A DNA stretch of 64,000 nucleotides, taken from positions 2,790,001 through 2,854,000 of the forward strand of contig NW_026250403.1 in assembly GCF_024521635.1 (NCBI RefSeq). The letters are read 5' to 3'. Under the pieces are notes generated by a model. It was not told the DNA's origin. It did not search any database and saw nothing but the letters and a program-made list of their open reading frames with translations. Positions 41,063 to 51,709 of this stretch are shown one piece after another; position 1 is the first letter of the stretch; each line of letters starts with the position of its first letter. The position numbers were made by a program, and so were the translations under genes. This stretch comes from Tricharina praecox (taxonomy: Eukaryota).

Positions 41063-42626
41063 ACACGATGCGGTGGATGATTGATGATCGATTGATTGAT
41101 GGAGATACCTGGAGTCTTGTTTTCTTTCTTTTACATTTTTCGTGCCTGCGGCGTAGCCAGTTTTGGGAATTGATTCTGGCCCACTCCTACACGCATCACA
41201 TACCAGTACTTGGAGGGATTTGTGACTTTGTAAATTGTCGGACGTGAATCAAAAAAAACAATTCGGTTTTCGGGTTTCTGACGGTTGTTGGTTCTCGTCC
41301 CGTGCAAATGGCCGTCCAACCGAACCCAACGGAGCCCTGCCAGCCCTGCCCTGCCAGTCCTGCCAGTCAACCCGTATCTCCGGCCCTCGGCCAGAAACGT
41401 ACTTCCAACCCCGACCCCGCAAGTTGTAAGTTGCAACGCCCCTGCATCTCCAAAGCAAATGGGATATACCAGTAGGGAGACAGGAACGGAGTCCGGACGA
41501 ACCTTCGTCGGGATTCGGGATTCGGGATTCGGGCGGCCTTCGTTTCCCGGCCGGATCGCCGTGCGTGCGTGGACAGCCACAGATATCGCCACCGCCACTG
41601 CCACAGATAACCCCCGCCACAGATAGAGTACCGCCACAGATACCGCTCAGATCGCGCACGGAACGGTGGCCTGGATTCGTTCTTCTCTTCTCCTTCGAGA
41701 GGGATATACTTGTTTCCCGCGAGCCCCCCTCGAACTCTAAGGGGTCCATACCTCCCACTCTACTACCTACCGTAGTAGTTGCAGACGCCACCCAAGTTCC
41801 AACTACGCTCCGCCCCTTGATCGTCGTGATCGTCGTGACTCGTGAGTGCGCAGCGAATCCTCACCTCCCACCATCTTACCCCCCCCCCCCCCCTCCCGGG
41901 CCCGGGCCCCGGAATGCGCAGGCGCAGTATGCTACGACAATTCCGCCCAGACGCGCAGTCATCCTTCTCACTTGTCGCCATATCTAAGATGTACGTGCTA
42001 TAGAGTGCGTAAGTGGGTAGACGGCGAACTTCCTTCCTTCCTTCCTTCCCTGGCTGGAATCCTGTACTCTATGTAAGTACAATATATATCGCACTCCATT
42101 TCATCCAACTTGTCTAACGCGGGTGTCTTGAAGCTTGGACGTGCTCTACATGAATAAGTTGTATGTAGAGCTATTTTAGCCCCCTCCCCCCGCACGCGCA
42201 CGCGATAGATAAACAAGGAGCGCATGATCCATATCACAGTCTCCAGTCCCCATGAACGTGGAATGAAAGTAGTAAAAAGTAGCGAGCGCGGCACAAGTGA
42301 ACTCCATGCAATGTATTCACACCCTTCCCATCCCCCCTCCCTCCCACTCCCAAATCCCTTTCCCTTTCCCTCTCCCTTTCCCTCTCCCAACCAAAATCTC
42401 TTTTCCTGCCCGCAGCAAAAAATAAATGAAAAAATAAATAAAAAAAACACAGACGCCGAACAGAGAACAACAGAGAACAAGAACAATCATTACAAACTAC
42501 CGTAGAAGTCCGATAGATAGATAAAAATCAAATTTTTTTTGCTGGAAGAATCATCGTCACACGGGAGTATAGAGTATAGGTAGTAGAAGGTTGGTGGGCG
42601 GGTGGTGGGTGGTGCTGGATGGTGGA

Positions 42627-43280
42627 TTAGGCGTGGATGAGAACGTCGACGCCGCCGCTCTTGTGCCATAACGCCAGCGGCACCGCACAGTTTCCGCACG
42701 AGTGCTGCACGTCCTTGAACGATTTGACGACGTAGGGGACGCACGGCGCGCACAGGAGGCAGCAGAAGATTAGGGCCCAGAGACTGGTGTGCGTTGGTTA
42801 GCATCGCGCCAAACAAACAGACAAACAAGCAAACAAACAAGCGAGCAATAGTAGATTGGGAGCGTACTGGGCGTTATCACCGCTCTGATACGAGCAAGCG
42901 GTCAGCGCCCTCGCACCACACGACGGACAATCGACGGGCGCAGGACTCCTCGAGAGCGAAGCGAGCGGCATGGCGGTAAGGAATTGATGTCCCTGGGCGC
43001 CGGTCTGCTGCGGCTGCAGGTGGTAGTCGGGCGCCTTCTCGCCGTACATGGGCGCCGGAGTCTGCGATACTGGCATCGGCTGCGATGGGTCGTGCACGTA
43101 TTGCTGCTGCTGCTGCGCGTTCGGGTCGTGCTGCATGTACGTCTGCTGGTTGGGATCGTGAACGTAGCCTTGCTGGTTGGGGTCTTGGACGTAGGACTGC
43201 TGGTTGGGGTCTTGGACGTAGGGCTGCTGGTTGGGGTCGTGTGCGTACGCCTGCTGATTGGGGTCTTGCACGTAGGCCAT
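42627..43280 (-). CDS. LITAF-like zinc-ribbon membrane-associated protein; complement(join(42627..42783,42868..43280))
   Basis: Two CxxC pairs (PAPVDCPSC and DVQHSCGNC) flanking a hydrophobic Cys-rich segment HLWALIFCCLLCAPCVPY; N-terminal Y/Q/P-rich repeats; GT..AG intron with GCTAAC branch. Confidence 0.88.
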
Positions 43281-44959
43281 TGTGATGGGTTGGTTTGGGG
43301 GGTTGTTTGGATGGTTGTTTGGGGGTTTTTGTTGGTGGGTGGAGGTGAGTGATGGCTTATGCGTGCGTGTGAAGGGGGTGGGAAGGGGAGAGGAGGCAGA
43401 GGGAGAAGGGAGGAGAACACGGAGGCTTTATTGATTCTGCTTGCAGGTGCGGCTGAGCTCGCTGTGCAGCAGGTGCTAGGTACGAGACTTGCATACACGC
43501 TCATGCTTTTTTCTTGTGTGTGTGTGTCACATAGACATACACATTGCCATGATTCCGTGGGTGGAAGGGGGTGACTGAACTGGGGGGGGTGCCAATTCGT
43601 TGCTTGTCCTCATCCCTCCCGGCGGCCAGCAAATGTCCCTACCAATTCTCCACAGCGCCTGGCGAGAGACAGCGCTTTACGCTTTACTCTGCTCTAGCCC
43701 ACTCTGTGTCTCGCTTGTTTTGGGTGGTAGGTGGTACCGCATTAACTAATGTCAATACGAGGGGTGTGTTGGAAACGCTGGGGTTGTTGTTGGAGGTAGG
43801 AAGTCCGGTGGACGGGTGCCTGGAGCCTGGAGGGTGGGTGGGATCGGGGGGCTCGGGTGTGGCTGGGGCTGCTGCTGTCTGCCTTCCATCGAGTGCGGAT
43901 ACCACATTAGTCAGTTGTCGGTGGTCGGTGGTCGGCGCTCTATGTAGAGTATGATGCTTGATGCAGGCATTGGGTGATCGAAATAGAAACCTCCCCGAAT
44001 GATGAGTCCACTTCCCCGCCGATCCTGATTCCTACATACCTACAGAACTAGCACTGCAATGACTGCTCTCACCAGACGATTAGTTAATGATCACCTCCAA
44101 CCCACTCAACGCAAGCAATGCACCTAACTTCCTTACCTCATACCCACCAGACTCACAGAGTACCTGCTTTTCATTTAAGGCTATCTGCACGGCGTATCAT
44201 AGATGCAAACCCACCCCGCTGCAACACCCGGTGAGGAGCGGAACTGAGCTGCCGAAGTAACCCCCGACAGGGCAAATATTTCATCACGTGACGCGGTGTT
44301 CGCGAGATGCCGTTTGGGCTGGCAGTGCACGTATGTAGGACGATTCGTGTGGCGAGAGTGAAGTCATCGGCGGGGTCGGCGTCGTAACTGCTGTCGTACA
44401 GGTCCTGTGGCAACTTGCAAGGACGGAGGCGCGGCGTACCGTATCGACGAAACCATCACTCCGCCGCAGGCCCGGCGTTCCCATTCCAGGGGCTCACGTG
44501 TTGCACAATCAAGTGCAACATAACCGGAGTACAGACGACTACTATACACTTCTGCTCAGGGCACTGTCCTGGCTGTGCACTCGGCGTCTGTCGCGGTTGG
44601 CGCAGCTTAGTTGGTTAACTCAGCCTTCTGCTCGACCGTTAAGCTTAACTTCGCGCTGACTGCAGCCTGCTTAGCATTGTGGTAGCGATCATTACGAGGC
44701 CCCCTCGTTGAGGGTCCATGCTGAATTCTTCAACAACTACACTCTTGGCGGGTTCTGACATGCATGCGGTTCGGTTTCTTGGCGACAACTAAACGTGTGC
44801 TTGGGATTGAGAAGCTTGGAATTGCGGAGGGAGGTCGGTACTCTAGTTCTGTGAGTCGTCTGCGACCGTCGCGGATTATGGATGCATATTACCACCGAAT
44901 GATCCCGAATGGATATGAGACCCGTCAAAGCTCGTCCGACGTAGATATATACGATAGTC

Positions 44960-45345
44960 ATAGCGATGTTTTATGGCTTAGCTTGCGATTCTCCAGGAGC
45001 CCAAGTTTTCGGCTGAACAGGGTACCAGAACCTATGCGCAGGCTCACATGATTCGCTTTTATATTCCTCCTGATGGTGCATAGATGGAGAGCCTTCCCCA
45101 CCCCACTGTTCAAATGACTAACCTCTCTATCTCTACTCATAGATGTTTTTACATAGCAGTACGCACCCACCCGCATTCCGCTCTCGCGTAAAGTGTCGAC
45201 TACGGAACTGCCAGTCTCCGGAATGAACGGGAACGTCGTTGAAGGATCAGTGTATACCAGGTGGTTCTTTATGATTGCCGTGCCACTTGTGATGGTGGTC
45301 GTGCTGGCGCTGTGGTGCGGATTTGGGTATGTATGGGGGGATAGG
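44960..45345 (+). pseudogene. Probable decayed CorA-like Mg2+ transporter C-terminal region
   Basis: Fragments MA*LAILQEPKFSAEQGTRT / MRRLT*FAFIFLLM / SGMN...TRWFFMIAVPLVMVVVLALW resemble the CorA stalk-TM1-GMN-TM2 arrangement, with in-frame stops (44979, 45049) and a frameshift. Boundaries approximate. Confidence 0.45.
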
Positions 45346-45853
45346 AATACCAAGGCGATTTCGAGTGACATGTTCCATTGCGAACGGGCTGTCATATCAT
45401 GGAAGTATGTGTGTAAACGATGAATTCGGGTACTTGCTCTATAATCCGAACTTACTCGTGAAGTCATATGAACAGTGATTCTTCGTCCTGAATTGGGTGC
45501 TCCAGGGTGAATGAAACGCACAAGCCTGGCTCAAGACAAGTGGTTGTCGATTATTTGGCCATGAATGGAGGCCTCGAGACCTGGATCGAAAAAGCTCTCG
45601 ATTTCCCATTCTCGCTGGTGCAACTCCATCATATTTAGCGCCTCGTAGAACGGATTGCCGAATTTCTGTATCTCACCGTTGACGGAAACACTGTGGCCCT
45701 GAGCCAGACGGAGAGGAGACCACTGACGTCCACCAACAAGCAGTCCTACGCATCACGCTAAAATCCGCGTCTCTACCCCAGACGGAACATCCCGGCAACA
45801 CCCACCGTCGGCCATGACCACGTTGACAACCTCCCCTTAACCCCTCCAACACC

Positions 45854-46846
45854 ATGCCCAGCACCTCCCACCCATCTACCCCAAACCCGAGGAAGCAGAC
45901 AATAATCTTCCTAGGAGCCCCTATCCTCGACCGGATTAACCTTGAGGAAAGCAACCTCGAAGACGTCGATACGACCAATCCACGGCGCCCATTATTGACG
46001 GCTCCAGACAGCACCAGCGCGCCCAAATGGCGGGTCCTCCACGCCTCGAAGCGGCTCAAAACCGGGTACACGCAATCGTTCACGGCGGACTCGCCGTCCG
46101 CCAGCGCGGCCAGCGCAGAACCAGAGCACTCCTACGGCCACACCCAGCGCGGCGACGCCTCGGACGCAGGCGATGATGACTCGGCCTTCCTCTCGACCGC
46201 CTCCTCGACCTTCTCGTCATACCTGGACGCCTCCACGATCCTCCCCACCCCCAGCGCGGATCTACCGCTCCCCCCGCTCCCCCCGCTAGATTCCCTAACA
46301 TCCCTCGACTCCCTCCCGCCCGCCCGCCTCATCTCCCCCGCCAGCCGCGTCACCCTCCTAGTCGGCATCATCGCCATCACGCCCACGCGCACCATCACCA
46401 CGCGCTACCGCAAAAAGGCCACGGTGACGACCCTGACCGTGGGCGATTTCACGCTCGCGCCCTTCCGTATCGACATCTGGCTCCCGTGCCACCCACAGAC
46501 CGTGGACGAGATGGAGCTGCGCGCGGTGGTGCAGGAGCTTAGGGTGCTGGATGTCGTAGTGGTGAAGCACTGTCGGTTGGGCGTGTTCAAGGAGCAGATT
46601 TTTGGCACGGCGGGCAGTAAGGGCGTGGGTGGGAGCGAGATCTGGGTGCTCCATAGGATTAGGTGCGTTGATACGCAAGAGAGGAGAAGGTGGAAGTGGA
46701 GGTGGGGGGAGGGGCTGGTGGAAAGAAGGTTGCAGAGGACGGCGGAATGGGTTACGGAGTTTGGTGGGGGGCCAGAGGTGATGATCGGTGGGAGGGGGAA
46801 GGAGGAGGAGATGCCGCAAGATACCCCGGGGAATGTCAGTTTTTGA
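45854..46846 (+). CDS. Nucleic-acid-binding OB-fold protein (SHLD2-like features), single exon, 330 aa
   Basis: ATG in ACCATG context, coding-like composition; beta-rich segment RVTLLVGIIAITPTRTITTR...VTTLTVGDFTLAPFRIDIWL...LRVLDVVVVKHCRLGVFKEQIFG has OB-fold patterning (VGD.T...I.IW; L...DVV.......F). Confidence 0.8.
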   Translation: MPSTSHPSTPNPRKQTIIFLGAPILDRINLEESNLEDVDTTNPRRPLLTAPDSTSAPKWRVLHASKRLKTGYTQSFTADSPSASAASAEPEHSYGHTQRGDASDAGDDDSAFLSTASSTFSSYLDASTILPTPSADLPLPPLPPLDSLTSLDSLPPARLISPASRVTLLVGIIAITPTRTITTRYRKKATVTTLTVGDFTLAPFRIDIWLPCHPQTVDEMELRAVVQELRVLDVVVVKHCRLGVFKEQIFGTAGSKGVGGSEIWVLHRIRCVDTQERRRWKWRWGEGLVERRLQRTAEWVTEFGGGPEVMIGGRGKEEEMPQDTPGNVSF

Positions 46847-47154
46847 CATGAAGACAGCCAGGCACAGGCTGGCACTCGATTTTCAACGCGAAGAGGGCCC
46901 AAGAATGTACTAGTACGTGATCCAATTACCATCCACCATACTTGATACAATAGGTATTACCAAACCAAAACAGAACAGAACAGACGAACGCCCATAATAC
47001 CAAGTACATTATCTCCTGCCCACACCTATCTACCATGATGCGAACCACACCAAATTCCCAGAAGAAGAAGCAGTAGCGATCTATCAATCCCGATATAAAG
47101 CGCGCCCAAAAAGAAAAAATCAAACCAAACCAGTACCAGTGCGAGCAAGAGAGA

Positions 47155-48334
47155 TTAAAACGTAGTAGCTCTCGCAATGGTTCCCTTCCTCTCGTCGAGG
47201 TCCCTTTGACGGTGGCTATTCAACTCGGCATCTTTCCAATCCCCCTCACGCCTGACTTCCACCAACCCCGCCTTCTCGAGCCTCTTGCGCTTCACGCCCC
47301 AGTCGATCAAGATGGGCAGAAACCGCCAGATATCAAACTGCGGCCAGAGACAGTCGATGAACACGATCTCGGTATCCTTATGGCACTGCCACAGCATGAA
47401 ATCGCTCAGCCTGCGCACGCCACTAGTGCGCACGACGAGGTCGAGCGGAGGACACCCAGCGGTGAACAGGTGGTCTTCGAGCGTTTGCTGCGTGATGGAC
47501 TCGAAATCGGTCAGGCCGGGCGTCGCGGTCTTTTCCGACGACGTCGAGGAGTCGCTGAGCCCCGGGGAGCCGGGCGCTGCCGCGTGCACGGACGTGCTGA
47601 GCGCTACTACGTCCCGGATCGATGAGGCGATCTCGTGCCGCGAGGTGTACGGGAAGCACACGTTCAGGATCGAGCTGTCGCTGTGTCAGCGCGCACTTTT
47701 CCCCCCTCCTACCCTTCACGCAAGACGAGGGCGCTGTGTATGTACATACCGGTCGTTGTTTTTCGTCAACTCGACGGCCTCGTCTATCACCTCCAAGACA
47801 TCGGGGCGCACCAGTTCCCGCTCGCCGAGGATCCGCAGACTGGCACCGTACCGCTCCAGCAGATCCCCGTGTTGACACAGCTGCAGCAGCTTGATCTTGG
47901 CAATCTCCATGAGCGCATTCACCTCGTGCATCGGCCGCTTGAAGTTCTCTATGCTGAACGCGTAGACCGTTACCACTTTCACGCCGGACTTGTAGCACAC
48001 TTCGAGAATCTATCCTCCCTCCCTCCCGAGGCTCAGTTAACATGCGAACGAACGCAAGGGGGAGGGGGACGGGAAGAAGTGGGGCGGAAAAGGAAAAGGA
48101 GAAACCAACCTTCGCGAGAGCTTCAAAGCCCATATTGTGTCCCTCGGCGGTTTCGATGTGGTTCTTGCGCGCGAACCGGCGGTTGCCGTCCATGACGAAG
48201 GCGATGTGCTGCGGCACGGGCCCCTGACGCACAGAGTGGATAAAGAGCTCCTTGAGCTGTGTAGACGCCCATTCGATCGGCGGGCTGGAAAGCATCCAGC
48301 GGCGCATTCGCGCGGTGGGGAGATCGGACGGCAT
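47155..48334 (-). CDS. RER2: cis-prenyltransferase / dehydrodolichyl diphosphate synthase; complement(join(47155..47674,47750..48009,48110..48334))
   Basis: Signature motifs PQHIAFVMDGNRRFA, GHNMGFEAL, VTVYAFSIENFKRP, LNVCFPYTSR, LDLVVRTSGVRRLSDFMLWQ; two canonical introns. Confidence 0.95.
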
Positions 48335-50083
48335 CGTGCGAGGAGGAGTTGTGTTGTGCTGTGCTGCTGTGTGTGTGTGTGTGTGTGTTGGGGAGCGGAG
48401 GTGGTGGTGATGGTGGTGATGGTGGTGATGGTGGTGGTGGTCAGGACAGCTATACACTTTTGTAAAGTATGTGAGCTGCGGACTTGATGTAGGTTGGTGA
48501 TGGTGGTTTGAGGTGGTACCTACGGGGGAGTGTACACGAGTCGTGCTACGAACGCCAAGGGAGGCGCTGTTCATACATCACATGAAAAACTTCTGACGGA
48601 ACTCTACGACGGAAGTGGCTTTGCGATTCACTACGTGTCCACGAATCATGGTTGAAGAGAAGGTTGTTCACGGTGATGCAAAAGTCAATCAAGCACGGAT
48701 TTATTGTCTATGTGTCTAGATAAAGTGCGTGTTGACACGTCTTGCCACCTGGTCGCAACGTCTCCATGTGAAGTGCAATTGCAGGGCCACTCTCAACAGG
48801 GCTGACGGGCACTTTCAGGACCGTGTCAGCCGAGCCCCGGAGCCGGTCTCGGTGCAGAGAGTGGCATACATCACAGCCGAGCATTGCCAAATGCCATGGT
48901 GCCTCGTGAAGAACTTGAGGAAAATCTGCAAAGCTTCTCAACACGTCAGTGACAGGCCTTTCGACAAACAGCGCGCGTGGGAATTGGGTATTAAAAGAGC
49001 AAGCGGTGAAGAGTCAGGGTATCAAAACTAAGGAACATCAAGACGACATTGCTGCCGTTAAGATCGAGGAATTCCATTTTCTCTAGTTTGATTTCATCAT
49101 AAAAGCCGGGGGAGGAAGGTGACGTGAAGTTTGGAGTTGTGCTGTGCTGCCGGAGGAGGAGTGTATCATACCTTTGACGGGTTGGGTTCCCTAGCCGAAC
49201 GGACATCGTCAGCCATTCGTGGCCATCATGCGGTGAAACGCAGGTGCTGGGTGGTGAGAAGGAGAAAAGGTCGTGAAGTCCGAAAGGCAAATGAAGGGGA
49301 AGAAGCCGGAAGAAACAGTCACTGCGGAAAAAGTGCAAGAAAAGCCCCACCGATCCATGGCCACTAACTAACCCGGAACCGGCCGGTAGATGCCGCTGCT
49401 AAACTTAGCCCGGCCGAGTTGACTGTTGAACGGTAAACCCCACCCTGCGAGTACGAGCCGCAACCAGCCATGCTCTACCCCATGGCTGAGAGCATCCATC
49501 TCGGACTCGTGCTTTGCTGTCTTTGCGGCTGGGTCCTCAACACGGTACACGGTACATCTCTATCGGAAATCCCCACCGCAGCCGCAAATAGAATCCAAAA
49601 ATAAGCACCGAGAGTTCCCTCCACTGCCTCCAGTGTCCACTGTCCAGGAGTCCAGGTAGGCATACAGGTACCGTACCTTCTCCGCACTCACAACCCGAGG
49701 ACTGACTGAAGCCGCAGACCTCAAGTTCCCACTGGGTTACAACCTTTCTACCCACCATCAGCTGCGCCTGGCATCCCGCATCTCGTTCATTATTTTAGGC
49801 TCGCCCTATCAAGATGCTGGATCACAACAAGTCATTTCCAGCCTGGCCATGGGGCAGAGAAACAATCAAAACAAAAGAACAAAAAGAGCCTGCCTGCCTG
49901 TCGTTCTCTTCATTCTTTACGCCCCGTCGGAATGCCTAACCTTATTTACATTACACGCGAGACCGACGTTAAGGGGTCTGACAACAACAAGTGATATTCT
50001 AACCTGACGCCTTCCACTTTGTCTTTGTCTTCTACCTACTTCACTCAGGGCTCGGTCTGTCTCAAGAGCCCACGGTACCATAC

Positions 50084-50509
50084 ATGCTGCCGATATCAAC
50101 CCGCACGATGCCCAGCGTCATCGGTATCCTATTCTGTCTGTTGTTCGTTACTGCGGCCAGAGCGCAGGACATCCTCCTCTTTGGTGACAACGGTCTTCCG
50201 GATTGCGCACATGCCTGTGAGGATCTCTACTCGGCACAATATGATTGCCAGAATGTCGTGAACAGCGTAGCTTGCTTTTGTGAGAGCAGCTTTATCACCA
50301 CGAAGTCGAAGGATTGGAGATGCGATGAGGCTTGCACCATGGAGAGCGAGAGGGAGAAGGTTGTCACCTTTCTGGCGGCAACATGTGGAGGTTGGGAGGG
50401 TGTTGAGGTCGAGGAAACTGTCGACAGCAAGGTTGAGGATATTGTCGATCGGAAGGACAATGGCACAGCTGTACCCAGCGGTACAAACTCCACCACGACC
50501 GCTACTCCA

Positions 50510-50549
<40 letters not shown>

Positions 50550-51186
50550 CCGTCGCTCCCGCCGACGAGCAAGCCGGGAATGAACCAGAAATCCCGAAGG
50601 CAACGAACTGGTACTTCCCTATAAGCTCCTCTATAGATCAATCCAAGTGCTAACCTCCCACAGGCCGCGCAAAAACTGGCCTTACTTCCTCGCCATCTTC
50701 CTCCTCGTTGCCTTCACAGCCTTGGCCTTCGTCTTCGCTGGGCCAGTACGAAAGTACGCTCGCCACCAGATCGCCAAACACCACACACATAAATCTGGAG
50801 AGGGTACCTCACCTTATTGGGAGGCGTCGACGTCCCACCTCTCCAGATTCTCTAGCGAATACCCTCCTACCCGGCACTCGGCTGCACCATCATCACGCGG
50901 CGGCAATGCAGCGGTGAGAGCACCTCTACGAGGAGGGAAGGATATCGAGAGGCAACGGCTCTATGAAACCATGAGGCCACAGACTATCGGGGTTTCCACT
51001 CCACCGCCTATACGCACGCTATTTGCAACACGAGCGGCGTCGGAGAGCAGTAGGACACACGAAAGCTGGGTGCAGAGAGTGCGGAGGAGATATGAGGAAG
51101 GAATGAGATTTTCTGAGAAAGGGTCGAGACTGGCGTTCTGGAGGCGGAGCGGTAGCGAAAAGAACGCCTCGAGCGATGTTGTGTGA
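50084..51186 (+). CDS. Single-pass type I membrane protein with signal peptide and Cys-rich (CFEM-like) ectodomain; join(50084..50610,50664..51186); alternative start 50108
   Basis: Signal peptide VIGILFCLLFVTAARA, eight-Cys region LPDCAHAC...C...CFC...C...C...C, Thr-rich stalk, TM WPYFLAIFLLVAFTALAFVFAG after a GT..AG intron with GCTAAC branch. Confidence 0.8.
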
Positions 51187-51709
51187 TTGATGTGTTTCCT
51201 GGGTTGGGTTGGTGTTATGGGATGTTTCTCCTTTCAGCGAGGGTGTTCTTGGTTTCTGGGGTATAGTTATACTGGGACTCACACCTATGGTGGGATCTTA
51301 CGGGTGATATATCATGCTATGCATAGCTAGAAGCTGTTGAATAAAGATCGCCTTTGCGCATGTGGGACAATTTATTTATGCAAGGCATTTGCACACTCCA
51401 TGTGCCGTCACTCCATGCGATGGTGATTGTGGCAAGCGGGTAATTCACCGCACGCCCAAAAGCAGACAAAGTCAACCCCCCAAGTCCGCCAACCTTGCAG
51501 CTAACTACCGCCATTGTAGTTAGAGTCCATTCTAGTTCAGTACTGGTCCTCTGGAGTCTGGATCCTTTCTCAGCCTCAACGCCAAAATTTCTCCCACCAA
51601 AATTTTAGACGCGCTTTCCACGCTCGTCACTCAATCCCACTCCCTCCACTCCTACTGGCCCGCTGAACTCAATTTCTCCCCTGATTGATGTATCACGCCC
51701 GCCTTCCAA

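Noticed and set aside
43998-44075. Possible C/D snoRNA (ATGATGA...CTGA)
   Set aside because: No terminal D box or stem and no recognisable rRNA guide.
44595-44680. tRNA-like D-arm sequence GGTTGGCGCAGCTTAGTTGGTTAA
   Set aside because: No T-loop GTTCRA or acceptor stem found downstream.
23421-45345. Magnesium-transport cluster (MME1 plus CorA-like relic)
   Set aside because: About 20 kb apart with unrelated genes between, and one is an uncertain pseudogene; likely coincidence.
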